Part shown: one piece after another, positions 30,636 through 40,106 of the stretch
Layout: the number at the start of each line of letters is the position of its first letter
Numbering within the stretch: position 1 is the stretch's first letter
Position numbers and translations under genes: made by a program
Notes under the pieces: generated by a model
Databases searched by the model: none
What the model was told of the DNA's origin: nothing
The model's input: the letters and a program-made list of their open reading frames with translations, nothing else
NCBI GenBank assembly: GCA_041910335.1
Contig: JAYRRF010000010.1
Coordinates: 1 to 57,564 of the forward strand
Reading direction: 5' to 3'
Origin: Candidatus Moraniibacteriota bacterium
GTDB lineage: Bacteria; Patescibacteriota; Minisyncoccia; Moranbacterales; UBA1568
Length of the DNA stretch: 57,564 nucleotides

Positions 30636-32231
30636 TCACATTTTCTCTGGAGCGCTGACCCCGATCAGTCTGAGCGTCTCACCAAGTACTATCTTAGTAG
30701 CCGCTACCAAAGCGAGACGTGCCTCGGAAAGCTCTTTAGCGTTTCCATCTATCACCTGGCAAGCTCCGTAGTATGAGTGAAATTTATCAGCCAAGCGAAT
30801 AGCTAACTGTGGGAGGCGGTGTGGTGCAGACTCCGTAGCAGCCAACTCAATGACGTCCTGAAACGTGAGCATCTCTCGAATGAGAGAACGTTCTTTTTCG
30901 TGAGTGAGGAGAGTGAGGTCAGCAGCTTGATAGTCGTAGCCTTCATTCTTGGCCTTCTCAAGAATACTCGCCATACGAGCGTGCGCATACTGAACATAGT
31001 AGACCGGATTTTTCTGCGAACGTTCCTCAGCCAAGCCAAGGTCGAAAGTCATATGCGTATCTGGTGAATACTGAAGAAAGAAGAATCGTGTCACATCATG
31101 CCCTACTCGCTCGATAAGCTCATCGATAGTGACGACATTCCCAGCGCGCTTACTCATTCGCACTTCTTCACCATCTTTCATCAGTTTCACGAGTTGCATC
31201 AAAAGAAAAGTCGCGCTCTTGCTCTCATCCCCAGTCAACGCCTTAAGTACCACATTGAAACGATTTACGTATCCATGATGATCTGCTCCCCAAATCTCAA
31301 TGATACTATCATAGCCTCGCTCTAACTTCGAAAGGATATAGCCGCATTCAGAGGCAAAGTAGGTCTTATTACCATCACTTTTGATGAGCACTCGATCTTT
31401 GTCATCACCAAGATCTGTTGTCTTCAACCAAAGAGCTCCTCCGTCTTCGTACACCCGCCCCTGCTCTCGAAGTTTTTCGATTGCTCGATCTACTACTCCT
31501 GACTCAACCAGTGCTCGTTCCGAAGTCCAGACATCGAATCGTATCTGCATCCCACTCTCGATAGTGGGCTTGAGATAATCACTTACAATAAGTGCTGCTG
31601 CTTCTTTTCCTACTTCCCAAGCGTCATCGGAAATATCTCCCATCTTGGTACGCAGCTCCTCGATGTATTCTCCGCCATAGACTGCCTCTGAGTCACCAAT
31701 AACACTGTGACCCAACTTCGTCACCTGCTCACCAGCGTCATTGATATAGTATTCGTTGGTTACCTCAAAGCCACACTTGCGAAGAAGTCGTGAAAGCGAG
31801 TCCCCATAAAATCCTCCGCGGCCATTACCAAGATGGAGTGGGCCCGTTGGGTTTGCAGAGATAAATTCGATATTCATCTTAGTTCCCTGTCCGATATGAG
31901 AAGAGCCAAAGGATTCTCTGTCTTTTAATACTTTCTCCACTACAGTCGAAAAATCAATCTCTTTAAGATAAAAGTTGAGATGCCCTGGTCCAGCCACTTC
32001 TACCCGAGCAAAATCATCAGTTAATTTTTGAGCGATACTACTTGCTACCTCTCTTGGGTTTGTTTCTATTTCTCTTCTGATAACAAGAGCTATATTAGAA
32101 GTATATTCCCCAAACTGCTCATCTTTCGGTGTCTCTACTGTAATCTCCGGCAAGATAAAAGCAGGCAAAGTACCTGCCTGCTGAAGACTTTCGAGCACAT
32201 CTTTTATTTTTATGGCAATACCTTGTTTCAT
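30636..32231 (-). CDS. argS: Arginine--tRNA ligase
   Basis: EFISANPTGPLHLGNGRG, GADHHGY, MSKRAG, YVQYAHAR. Confidence 0.97.
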   Translation of the reverse strand: MKQGIAIKIKDVLESLQQAGTLPAFILPEITVETPKDEQFGEYTSNIALVIRREIETNPREVASSIAQKLTDDFARVEVAGPGHLNFYLKEIDFSTVVEKVLKDRESFGSSHIGQGTKMNIEFISANPTGPLHLGNGRGGFYGDSLSRLLRKCGFEVTNEYYINDAGEQVTKLGHSVIGDSEAVYGGEYIEELRTKMGDISDDAWEVGKEAAALIVSDYLKPTIESGMQIRFDVWTSERALVESGVVDRAIEKLREQGRVYEDGGALWLKTTDLGDDKDRVLIKSDGNKTYFASECGYILSKLERGYDSIIEIWGADHHGYVNRFNVVLKALTGDESKSATFLLMQLVKLMKDGEEVRMSKRAGNVVTIDELIERVGHDVTRFFFLQYSPDTHMTFDLGLAEERSQKNPVYYVQYAHARMASILEKAKNEGYDYQAADLTLLTHEKERSLIREMLTFQDVIELAATESAPHRLPQLAIRLADKFHSYYGACQVIDGNAKELSEARLALVAATKIVLGETLRLIGVSAPEKM

Positions 32232-32253
32232 ACTCTTTAGCCTATCCCATTTT

Positions 32254-33261
32254 CTACTCCTGGGAAAGACCTATACTGCGACGGTACTTAGCATCTCCTT
32301 TTTCTTTCGGTGGAACAAATTTTCCCTCTTTACAGGCATCTCCACAAAACCCCTCATTCTTCTTGAGGCACTCCTCACATTCGATGAAGAGGAGGTTGCA
32401 GGCTTCTTCTTTACAGTTGATATAGTCATCACAAGCAACACCACAGTGGTAGCAAGTACCCAAGACATCATCAGTGATGCGCTCACCCATACGCTCATCA
32501 AAGACAAAGTTCTTGCCTTTGAACTTACTCGGCAGTCCTTCCTTCTCAATTTGACGTTTGTAATCAATAATGCCACCTAAGAGTTGATAGACCTTTTTGA
32601 ATCCTTTGTGCTTCAAGTAGGCTGAGGCTTTTTCACAGCGTATCCCCCCGGTGCAGTAGAGAAGCACTTCCTCGTCCTCTTTACCTTTGAGAAGCTCGGC
32701 GGTCATGGGGAGCTCTTCACGGAAGGTGTAGGCATCTGGTACGATAGCACCTTCGAAACGACCAATAGCACCTTCGTAGTTGTTGCGCATGTCTACCACT
32801 GTTACGCCCTCATCTATCTTCTTATTAAACTCTCTTGCAGAAAGGTGCGTGCCGACGTTGGTGACATCATACTCATCTGGCTTGAGACCATCAGCGACTA
32901 TCTGATGCTTCACCTTAATGGTCAACTTCCAGAAAGCATCATTCGCCTGCTCTACTCCTACCTTGAAAGGGATGTTCTTAAAGGCTGGGCGAGCATACAG
33001 AAGTTCCTGAAACATCTCAAAATTATGCTCTGGTACAGACATCTGAGCATTGATACCCTCTTGAGAAACATAGATACGACCAAGACATCCTAATGCTTGC
33101 CATTCAGCAAAAAGCTCATTCCTAAGTGCCTGCGGATCAGCAATACGCACATAGCGATAGAAAGAAATGACCTTACGATCGAACTTTTCGGCATGTACCT
33201 TAGCTAGAGCCTGTTCCTTGGAGAGATGGTTACGAAGATGGTGAGTAGTGTTCTTTTTCAT
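32254..33261 (-). CDS. trhO: Rhodanese-related tRNA uridine(34) hydroxylase (TrhO/YceA family)
   Basis: GRIYVSQEGINAQ, DMRNNYE, YCTGGIRCEKAS, GKNFVFDER, Cys-rich C-terminus. Confidence 0.9.
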   Translation of the reverse strand: MKKNTTHHLRNHLSKEQALAKVHAEKFDRKVISFYRYVRIADPQALRNELFAEWQALGCLGRIYVSQEGINAQMSVPEHNFEMFQELLYARPAFKNIPFKVGVEQANDAFWKLTIKVKHQIVADGLKPDEYDVTNVGTHLSAREFNKKIDEGVTVVDMRNNYEGAIGRFEGAIVPDAYTFREELPMTAELLKGKEDEEVLLYCTGGIRCEKASAYLKHKGFKKVYQLLGGIIDYKRQIEKEGLPSKFKGKNFVFDERMGERITDDVLGTCYHCGVACDDYINCKEEACNLLFIECEECLKKNEGFCGDACKEGKFVPPKEKGDAKYRRSIGLSQE

Positions 33262-33322
33262 GAAGCCTATTATAGCAAAATGGGACAAAAAATCCAGACC
33301 TCTTATGAGAATATGGTTACTA

Positions 33323-33351
33323 TTGCAAAAATAGCTAAAGTATGCTATAAT
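33323..33351 (+). promoter_or_regulatory. Putative sigma70 promoter for smpB-ssrA-infC
   Basis: TTGCAA-N17-TATAAT with extended TGn. Confidence 0.75.
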
Positions 33352-33365
33352 TATAGTCGTACTCA

Positions 33366-33824
33366 GTGTCCAAAACCATGACTACTATTGCCACCAACAA
33401 ACGCGCGAGTTTTGACTATACCCTTGGAGAGCGCTTCGAGGCTGGTTTGGTATTGACTGGCGCTGAAGTCAAATCCGTCAAAACCGGCCATGCGAGCCTC
33501 AAAGGGAGCTTTGTGACCGTCAAAGGAGAAGAATTAATGCTAACCAATGCTCTCATCCCCCGCTACGCTCACGCTCACAAGGACACCTCTCATGATGATA
33601 CCCGTCCAAGAAAGCTCCTCCTCCGCAAACGCCAAATTCGCTCTCTTATCGGAAAATTCCGCACTGAAGGCTTGACATTAGTGCCAATTCGTTTGTATAC
33701 TAAGAAACAACTTGTGAAGGTTGAGTTTGCCGTTGGAAAGGGAAAAAAGACCCATGACAAGCGCCAAACTATCGCCAAACGTGATGCTGAAAGAAGTATG
33801 CGTAAGGTGATGAAATACAGCTAG
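33366..33824 (+). CDS. smpB: SsrA-binding protein
   Basis: NKRASFDY, EAGLVLTGAEVKS, RKLLL, GKGKKTHDKRQ. Confidence 0.97.
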   Translation: MSKTMTTIATNKRASFDYTLGERFEAGLVLTGAEVKSVKTGHASLKGSFVTVKGEELMLTNALIPRYAHAHKDTSHDDTRPRKLLLRKRQIRSLIGKFRTEGLTLVPIRLYTKKQLVKVEFAVGKGKKTHDKRQTIAKRDAERSMRKVMKYS

Positions 33825-33894
33825 ACAATCATGCACTACTCATGTTACTTGTGCGCGAGGTTTCGATCTCAACCACTCGTAGGGTGGGTGGTGC

Positions 33895-34294
33895 GGGGTT
33901 GTTTAGACTCGACAGCGTGTACTTTCAAAATAGGCAAGCCGACCTTGAGGATATGGTCGTAAATCTCGTCCTCATGATGATAATTGCAAACCTCATCTCA
34001 AAGACAAAGAGCGCATTTGCTAACGCATTTGCTCCCTCTTATGCTCTTGCTCTTGCTTAATTAAAGCAAAGCCATCAGCTTACTGACTCTCGATAAGGAC
34101 AGCTGGTGTCATAATCATCGAGACGACTCGTTGCTTTCACTTTTTTTACAACATCAGTCGTATTGCAAAAGAAAGAACCATTAAGAAGTTTTGTTTCTTT
34201 TTTCATTCTTGGTGGTCACTCCAAAAGAGACTACGCTTGTAGAATATTTTGAAAAAACATGATCTGGACATGGGTGCAATTCCCATCAACTCCA
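33895..34294 (+). ncRNA. ssrA: tmRNA (one-piece)
   Basis: 5' GGGGTTG pairs with 3' CAACTCC-A with G3:U70; GACTCGAC motif; T-arm ATGGG-TGCAATT-CCCAT; tag ORF 33986-34060 ANLISKTKSAFANAFAPSYALALA; adjacent to smpB. Confidence 0.95.
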
Positions 34295-34306
34295 CATTTA
34301 ACAACA

Positions 34307-34861
34307 ATTTTCGTGAGAAGAAGACGTCACAATCGACCCAAACCAAAAGAACAGGTAAAGCTTCGTTTGCGCTTAAATGAGCAAATTATAGCCCCTGAGA
34401 TTATGGTTATCGACATCAATGGCGAAAACCGCGGACTCATGTCAGTGGCTGACGCGATACTCATCGCTCAGGAACAAGAGGCAGATCTCGTAGAAGTCTC
34501 CCCTCTCGCTAAGCCCCCTGTCTGTAAGATTACTGACTATGGCAAGCTCCAGTACAAGCAGGCCAAGCAGGACCAGCAAGCCAAGGCGAAGCAGAAAAAG
34601 GTAGACACTAAGGGTATTCGCATCGGCTTCCGTACTGACAAACACGATCTCTTCTTCAAAAAAGGTCAGGCTGAGAAATTTCTCACTAAAGGACACAAAG
34701 TCCGTATCGAAATCATCCTGCGCGGACGCGAAAAGGCTATGAATGATAAAGCGAAAGAAAACCTCCAACTCTTCACGAAAAGCATTACTATCCCTTTCAA
34801 AACAGAAGAAGAAATCAAACGAGGACCTAAAGGATTCACTACACTAATTGCCCCAGAATAA
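34307..34861 (+). CDS. infC: Translation initiation factor IF-3 (probable ATT start; alternative GTG 34313)
   Basis: LNEQI, DLVEVSP...PPVCKITDYGK, LRGRE. The ORF-track start at 34259 lies inside the tmRNA and is not plausible. Confidence 0.93.
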   Translation: MFVRRRRHNRPKPKEQVKLRLRLNEQIIAPEIMVIDINGENRGLMSVADAILIAQEQEADLVEVSPLAKPPVCKITDYGKLQYKQAKQDQQAKAKQKKVDTKGIRIGFRTDKHDLFFKKGQAEKFLTKGHKVRIEIILRGREKAMNDKAKENLQLFTKSITIPFKTEEEIKRGPKGFTTLIAPE

Positions 34862-34869
34862 ATAACCCT

Positions 34870-35061
34870 ATGAAGCAGAAGACGAAAAAATCACTTGTTA
34901 AAAAAATCCGTGTTACCGGTAGTGGCAAACTGAAGACTCGTGCCACTGGTCAGAACCACCACAACACTCGTGCTACTGGCAACCAGCGTCGTGACAAGCG
35001 TAATGACAATGATGTCTACCCAGCAGTAGCTAAGAACATCAAGAAGGCCATGGCCATCTAA
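34870..35061 (+). CDS. rpmI: 50S ribosomal protein L35
   Basis: MKQKTKKSLVKKIRVTGSGK; position after infC. Confidence 0.9.
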   Translation: MKQKTKKSLVKKIRVTGSGKLKTRATGQNHHNTRATGNQRRDKRNDNDVYPAVAKNIKKAMAI

Positions 35062-35088
35062 TCAGAATAATCAACCGACAAGAATTGT

Positions 35089-35433
35089 ATGACCAGAATT
35101 AAACGAGGTATCCAAACCAAAAAACGCCACAAGAATGTTCTCAAACAAGCCAAGGGTTTTCGCTGGGGACGCAAAAATCTTTTCCGTAAGGCCAAAGAAG
35201 CTGTTATCAAGGCTGGCAAATATGCTCACCGTGACCGTCGCGCCAAGAAACGCGACTTCCGTAGCCTATGGATCATTCGTCTCAATAATGCCCTTCGCCT
35301 TCACGGATTGACCTACGCTCGCTTCATTCACTTGGAGAAAGAAAAAGGTATCACTCTTGACCGTAAGGTTCTCTCAGAGATGGCTGTCGAAAATCCAGAA
35401 GTGTTCGCTAAGTTTGTAGAAAAAGTGAAATAG
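35089..35433 (+). CDS. rplT: 50S ribosomal protein L20
   Basis: MTRIKRG, AKGFRWGR, RDFRSLWIIRLN, LDRKVLSEMA. Confidence 0.97.
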   Translation: MTRIKRGIQTKKRHKNVLKQAKGFRWGRKNLFRKAKEAVIKAGKYAHRDRRAKKRDFRSLWIIRLNNALRLHGLTYARFIHLEKEKGITLDRKVLSEMAVENPEVFAKFVEKVK

Positions 35434-35452
35434 TCTTCTGCTCACACTAAAG

Positions 35453-35480
35453 AAAAACCCCTCTATTCGAGGGGTTTTTT
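35453..35480. terminator. Bidirectional intrinsic terminator
   Basis: AAAAACCCCTC-TATTC-GAGGGGTTTTTT. Confidence 0.85.
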
Positions 35481-35885
35481 GGTACTGCGATAAAAAAAAT
35501 GTCGATAGAGTGCGAGAACGCCAAAAGCCAAGAGTGCTCCTATAGTATCAATGCCCACATCAGTTATCTTCGCTCCCCGAAAAGGGGTGAAGTACTGATG
35601 GAGTTCATCAGTAATACCGTAGAGTGTTGCTACAAAGACCGCTAACACTCCCAGAAGCGAGAACCTCTCTCTTGGGTACCAGCGGCGCATAAGACCGTAC
35701 GCGAGAAGGAAAAAAACAAAGTACTCAACAAGATGAGCTCCCTTACGCTCGATGTAGTATCCCGTAGTGGCATCAAACGGATACGGTGAGCCAGGTAGTG
35801 AGGAGAAATAAAAAATAATAAGCATCCAGAGGAGAAGTGCTTTCCCCCAAGGAAAATAATGTAAAAAACGAACTATTCCCTCCAT
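35463..35885 (-). CDS. VanZ family protein
   Basis: RKGAHLVEY, YGITDELHQYFTPFRG...DVGID; start moved to ATG 35885. Confidence 0.85.
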   Translation of the reverse strand: MEGIVRFLHYFPWGKALLLWMLIIFYFSSLPGSPYPFDATTGYYIERKGAHLVEYFVFFLLAYGLMRRWYPRERFSLLGVLAVFVATLYGITDELHQYFTPFRGAKITDVGIDTIGALLAFGVLALYRHFFYRSTKKPLE

Positions 35886-35895
35886 AATATCTCTC

Positions 35896-36036
35896 TTAGT
35901 GATGCTTCTTGTGACCAATCTCTTGAATAAGATCAAAGAAAGCATAAAAAGGCAACCAGAGCCAGAGCGTCTTCCGGAGCATCTTATCAATACGGTCATT
36001 GAGGCTGACTTTTTTCTTTTTGGCGTGACCACCCAT
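35896..36036 (-). CDS. Small basic protein (46 aa), not in ORF track
   Basis: MGGHAKKKKVSLNDRIDKMLRKTLWLWLPFYAFFDLIQEIGHKKHH; ATG 1 nt after the upstream stop, fills the gap exactly. Confidence 0.65.
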   Translation of the reverse strand: MGGHAKKKKVSLNDRIDKMLRKTLWLWLPFYAFFDLIQEIGHKKHH

Positions 36037-36037
36037 A

Positions 36038-36748
36038 TTAGTTGATTTCGTAAATAACGTCTTTCTTCTCGACTACTATTCTCCAGCCTTCTTTTTCGGC
36101 CATAGCCTTGAGATTTTGGTTGGGATTGAAAGCAATGGGATTCTCCACTAAGCGCAAGAAGCTCCCGTCTGACTCTGTATCACCTATACCGTAAGAACCT
36201 TCGAGACCAAGGCCATGCTCACTGAGGTAATTTTCCACCACCTTATCTTTCATACGAGACGGCTCAAAGATAGCTCTTCCAGTATACACTCCTTGCTCGT
36301 CAGTCTCATAGACGCTTCCGTAGACTCCATCGAACTGCAGATACTGCTTGTTGTACTCCTCCACTATCTCAAGTGGTGAGCCAGAAATGACAAGAAGGTG
36401 ATATCCTTCTTCTCGGAGTTTCTTGATTAACGCCTCAGAAAAAACATACGTGCGCTTAGCATGAAACGGGATGACCATAGCTGCAGCCTTCTTCACATCT
36501 TCTTGGTGACAACCTTTGATGTGGAGTGCGTAAAGATCGACCAGAGCCCGACGGTAGTCTTCATATGTACCTTCGTGCTCTATCCAACTCGAGTACAGCT
36601 CGGTCAATCGATGCCGTACTTCATTAGGGAAAATCTTGAGCCAAGCCAATTCGTTAATAAGCTCAAAGTGAAGATTTTTTCTGAAAATAGTACCGTCAAT
36701 GTCGAAGATAGCTATTTTTTTGACAACTTCTTTGTTTTTTTCTGGCAT
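36038..36748 (-). CDS. HAD-IB family hydrolase (phosphoserine phosphatase-like)
   Basis: IFDIDGTI, VISGS, K, GDTESD, AFNPN. Confidence 0.88.
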   Translation of the reverse strand: MPEKNKEVVKKIAIFDIDGTIFRKNLHFELINELAWLKIFPNEVRHRLTELYSSWIEHEGTYEDYRRALVDLYALHIKGCHQEDVKKAAAMVIPFHAKRTYVFSEALIKKLREEGYHLLVISGSPLEIVEEYNKQYLQFDGVYGSVYETDEQGVYTGRAIFEPSRMKDKVVENYLSEHGLGLEGSYGIGDTESDGSFLRLVENPIAFNPNQNLKAMAEKEGWRIVVEKKDVIYEIN

Positions 36749-36755
36749 ACTTGTT

Positions 36756-37250
36756 TTATCTTGTATTGTCTTGGAGTGCATATAAGGCGATGCCTGTAGC
36801 TACTGACACATTCAGTGAATTCTTGGTTCCACGCATCGGTATCTCTAGTATAGCATCCCCTTCTCTCAATACATCATCGGAAACCCCCTCAACTTCATTG
36901 CCTACCAAAAGAGCGATTTTTCGATGTTGCTGGAGCTCTTCACTATTATAAGGGATACTTCTCTGATCTTGCTCTAGCATACAACAATAGAAGCCTTTAT
37001 TCTTTAGTTCTTGTATAAGTGCTAGTACGTCCTCTCGTTTTTCCCAAGGCATGGACTTCTCTGCCCCTAGAGCTGTTTTTTTGATTTGTTTTTCTGCTTG
37101 AGTAAGAAGATACTTCTTGGTAGACGGCGTCATCGTATAGCCTGTTAGGTATATTTTTGCTACACCTGCTCCATCAGCTGTACGAAAGAAGGCGCCCACA
37201 TTGTGAGCACTCCGGATATCATGCGCGACCAAAACAATTTCTCTAGCCAT
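36756..37250 (-). CDS. SpoU/TrmH family RNA methyltransferase
   Basis: IRSAHNVGAFFRTADG, GNEVEG, IPMRGTKNSLNVSVA. Confidence 0.92.
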   Translation of the reverse strand: MAREIVLVAHDIRSAHNVGAFFRTADGAGVAKIYLTGYTMTPSTKKYLLTQAEKQIKKTALGAEKSMPWEKREDVLALIQELKNKGFYCCMLEQDQRSIPYNSEELQQHRKIALLVGNEVEGVSDDVLREGDAILEIPMRGTKNSLNVSVATGIALYALQDNTR

Positions 37251-38241
37251 GGTATTTTGCAAACAGTATCTTGCCTGTCTCCCAAAGAGCCGGGTAATCT
37301 TTGTTTACCTTGAGCCAATACCACCACTCTACCCCCCAAAGATAAATCTCCTTAAAGCCCACCCTGCGTGCATAATCAACATTTTCTACCAGCTTCTTTT
37401 CATCCATAGTAATAAACTGCTCTTGGAGCGGTACTGTACCAACCCACCCATTGGCCCAGGGCTCAGCCTGAAGTTCAATCACCATGAAGTGCTCTTGTTG
37501 AGAGAGAAGTCTCGTCCACCACTCTTTAACTCGAAAGAAGTTCGGTCCAATAGGGTACGTCACGTAGCCGAGACGCTTCTGGTAGATATGTCGATACAGC
37601 GTGGTTCCGAATTCATCCCCTTCTCGCGCTGCCTTATACCAGAGAGACAGTTCGCCACTATCCGTGACAATGACTGGTCGGCTCGGATCAAGCTGACGAA
37701 CCAAAGCAACTTCACTCGTTAGAAAATACGGATCAAACTTGGGACAGATACCAAATGGTAGGAACGGCTCGTTTTCTACCTGCCAGGTCGTAACTGCCTT
37801 GTTATCTTTGTAACGTTTGACCGTCAACTCTATCATTTCAAGCATCTCCCTTCTTCGTAAGGCCTCATCTTCCTTAGCCCATTCTGGGATATGACACTCT
37901 GGCCAGCGAGGTACCTTCAGCCCTACAGCTACAATCGCTTCTGCATTTCTTTTTTGAGCCTCCTGCAACTCCCAGTCAAGCTCAGAAAAATCGTACCGAT
38001 CTTTCTGTGGCTCAGCTAAATCCCAATAGAGAGAAACTCGGAGCTTTCTGACCTGAAGATCATCAAGCATGGCTGTATAGACCTCCTTCCAGTCTAGTCC
38101 TAACCCTGCTGCGTAACGTGGTGAAAAAGTCATTCCAAGAACCACATCTTCTCGCGGCTTTGGCCCAGGTAAGTTCAGATATGCAAAGAAGAGCATTATG
38201 ATGAAAAAAAGAGCTATCAGTATTTTCTTGATGATATGCAT
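37243..38241 (-). CDS. Membrane-anchored clan GH-A glycoside hydrolase-like protein
   Basis: N-terminal TM, acid/base WQVENEP, putative nucleophile ELQAEPW. Confidence 0.7.
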   Translation of the reverse strand: MHIIKKILIALFFIIMLFFAYLNLPGPKPREDVVLGMTFSPRYAAGLGLDWKEVYTAMLDDLQVRKLRVSLYWDLAEPQKDRYDFSELDWELQEAQKRNAEAIVAVGLKVPRWPECHIPEWAKEDEALRRREMLEMIELTVKRYKDNKAVTTWQVENEPFLPFGICPKFDPYFLTSEVALVRQLDPSRPVIVTDSGELSLWYKAAREGDEFGTTLYRHIYQKRLGYVTYPIGPNFFRVKEWWTRLLSQQEHFMVIELQAEPWANGWVGTVPLQEQFITMDEKKLVENVDYARRVGFKEIYLWGVEWWYWLKVNKDYPALWETGKILFAKYHG

Positions 38242-38250
38242 GTGTTTGTC

Positions 38251-39189
38251 TTAGATAATACTGACTCCTCCGAGACTCATGAACCAGAAACCAAGTCCGA
38301 TAATAACAAGTGCGGCCACTTTCTGCGCCCAATCCCAGAATCCCAAGTGTTCACCAAATATCTGCGGGAAGCGCATACTGAGTGGTATCGCCAGAATGAG
38401 TAGAAATACATATTGAAGACCATTCAGGGCTTGAACGAATGAGACTGAGCCAAGATTAGTAGCGTAAAGGATAAGAAAAGTAGCTACTCCTGCACAACTC
38501 TTGTTAACTACAAAAAGTACGAGTGTGAGAAAGTTCTGCTTACTCTTCATTTTCTGTGGCTCATGGTGAACGAGAATCTGTTTACGATACAGAGGAATGA
38601 GTAAGAATGAAAGACCGGTCAACACCATTCCGAGTCGAGACCAGACAAGCCCATTCACAAAGTTAATTTCGGTGTAACCATATTTCAAAAGTAATAGCGA
38701 GCCACCCAAGAGGATTCCAGCTATAATACCAGCCAAGGGAAGTGTATCACCCTTACGGAGCGGTAAGTCATAGGCGATAAGCATTCCTCCGACTATCAAG
38801 AGAGCAAGCGCGATGAAGACCGTGCGCGTAAAAACAATTTCTCCAAAAACATGTGGGAAAAGAGCTCCCACCAAAATGACCGTAAGCGATGTGATCAGCC
38901 CTACCAGAGGAGCTATCCGTGCCACATTTCCCTTCTTTACAGCCACATAGAAAAAGACTAGTCCGATAATGAATAGTACTCCCGACAAAATAAAGAGGGC
39001 TATAAAAAAAGCTGGAATCAAAGCAAATCCGAATGGAGCAAAAATAAGCGAAAAGAGACTGAACAATGAAACATAAAAGGCATAAACCACTGGCTGCGGA
39101 ATATGCTTGTCAGTCAAAATAATTTTATCGAGCAGCTGCGAGACGGCATTACCAAAATAACCGAGAACAGCAAATGAAATCCATGACAT
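38251..39189 (-). CDS. EamA/DMT-like multi-TM protein
   Basis: About 10 hydrophobic segments with a two-repeat DMT-like pattern. Confidence 0.65.
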   Translation of the reverse strand: MSWISFAVLGYFGNAVSQLLDKIILTDKHIPQPVVYAFYVSLFSLFSLIFAPFGFALIPAFFIALFILSGVLFIIGLVFFYVAVKKGNVARIAPLVGLITSLTVILVGALFPHVFGEIVFTRTVFIALALLIVGGMLIAYDLPLRKGDTLPLAGIIAGILLGGSLLLLKYGYTEINFVNGLVWSRLGMVLTGLSFLLIPLYRKQILVHHEPQKMKSKQNFLTLVLFVVNKSCAGVATFLILYATNLGSVSFVQALNGLQYVFLLILAIPLSMRFPQIFGEHLGFWDWAQKVAALVIIGLGFWFMSLGGVSII

Positions 39190-39275
39190 AATGATACTCC
39201 TATTATACCTCAAATATGCTCTAACCTGTAACAAAACACCCTCTATAAGAGGGTGTTTTGTTACATCTCTGCCAC

Positions 39276-40106
39276 TTACTTCTGTAAGGCTATCTGACTG
39301 TAGTATTTATGGACATCACTGACCCATTTGCTGACACTTTCTTTGGAGTGCGTCGCACAGCTATTACCACACTTCCATGAGGTCACTAGTCTTGATGGAT
39401 CTGAGCTTGCTCGTTTTTCTACTAGTTTCTCCAGGCGGGCTCCCACTGTCTCAACCGCTTCTTCTCGAGAGGCAAAGCAGGCATATCCCATAGCCGTACC
39501 TCGGCCGCCAGCTCCTTTGTATCCCCAATAGTTATAACAATCCTCCCCACCCTTACTTGGAGAATGCTCTCCCCAACTACTCTCCTTCTTAGCGATACCT
39601 ACCAAAAGGCCAGCGATAGACTTATCGAAATGAGCGATACTGCCTGCCATAGCATGAATAGGTGACCCCTCAGTCACTTCTTCAATGATGAGTTGTTTCT
39701 CAAGATTTTCTTTGATACTTGGGTCAATTACTTCAGTATCTGGTTGACTCTTTTGCTGACACAACACCTCCTGGTCTTGTGTGGTAGTTTCATGAGCTTT
39801 TTTGATTTCACGAAGATCCCGCTTGAACTGACAAAGCTCATCTGATGGAGTTTCTGTTGGTATAACAACCTGGGTAGCCTCAACTTGAGTAGCAACCGTG
39901 GTTGGTACTGAAAGAGCTGTTTCGACTGGCAAGCCAGGAAAAGCACTCAAAAAGGTGAAAGAAAGGGCTGTAAAAGACGACACCCACTTGTGTCTTGCAT
40001 CCTGTCTTTCAAATTGTTTTAAAATAATATTCCCTCCAAGGCGTCGTGTTGCACGACAAAAACTTATAAAGTTTTCTAAATTCATAGATTGGCCACCCTG
40101 TTTCAC
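39276..40106 (-). CDS. Exported protein with lysozyme-like (glucosaminidase-like) C-terminal domain, paralogue B
   Basis: GIAKKESSWG, CYNYWGY, CFASREEAV; start GTG 40106 behind GGAGG (alternative ATG 40085). Confidence 0.6.
   Translation of the reverse strand: MKQGGQSMNLENFISFCRATRRLGGNIILKQFERQDARHKWVSSFTALSFTFLSAFPGLPVETALSVPTTVATQVEATQVVIPTETPSDELCQFKRDLREIKKAHETTTQDQEVLCQQKSQPDTEVIDPSIKENLEKQLIIEEVTEGSPIHAMAGSIAHFDKSIAGLLVGIAKKESSWGEHSPSKGGEDCYNYWGYKGAGGRGTAMGYACFASREEAVETVGARLEKLVEKRASSDPSRLVTSWKCGNSCATHSKESVSKWVSDVHKYYSQIALQK

Noticed and set aside
33857-33875. T-arm-like GAGGTTTCGATCTC before the tmRNA
   Set aside because: No cloverleaf can be built; not a tRNA or a permuted tmRNA piece.
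33842-34060. 72-aa ORF in the track
   Set aside because: It is the tmRNA tag frame extended upstream, not a gene.
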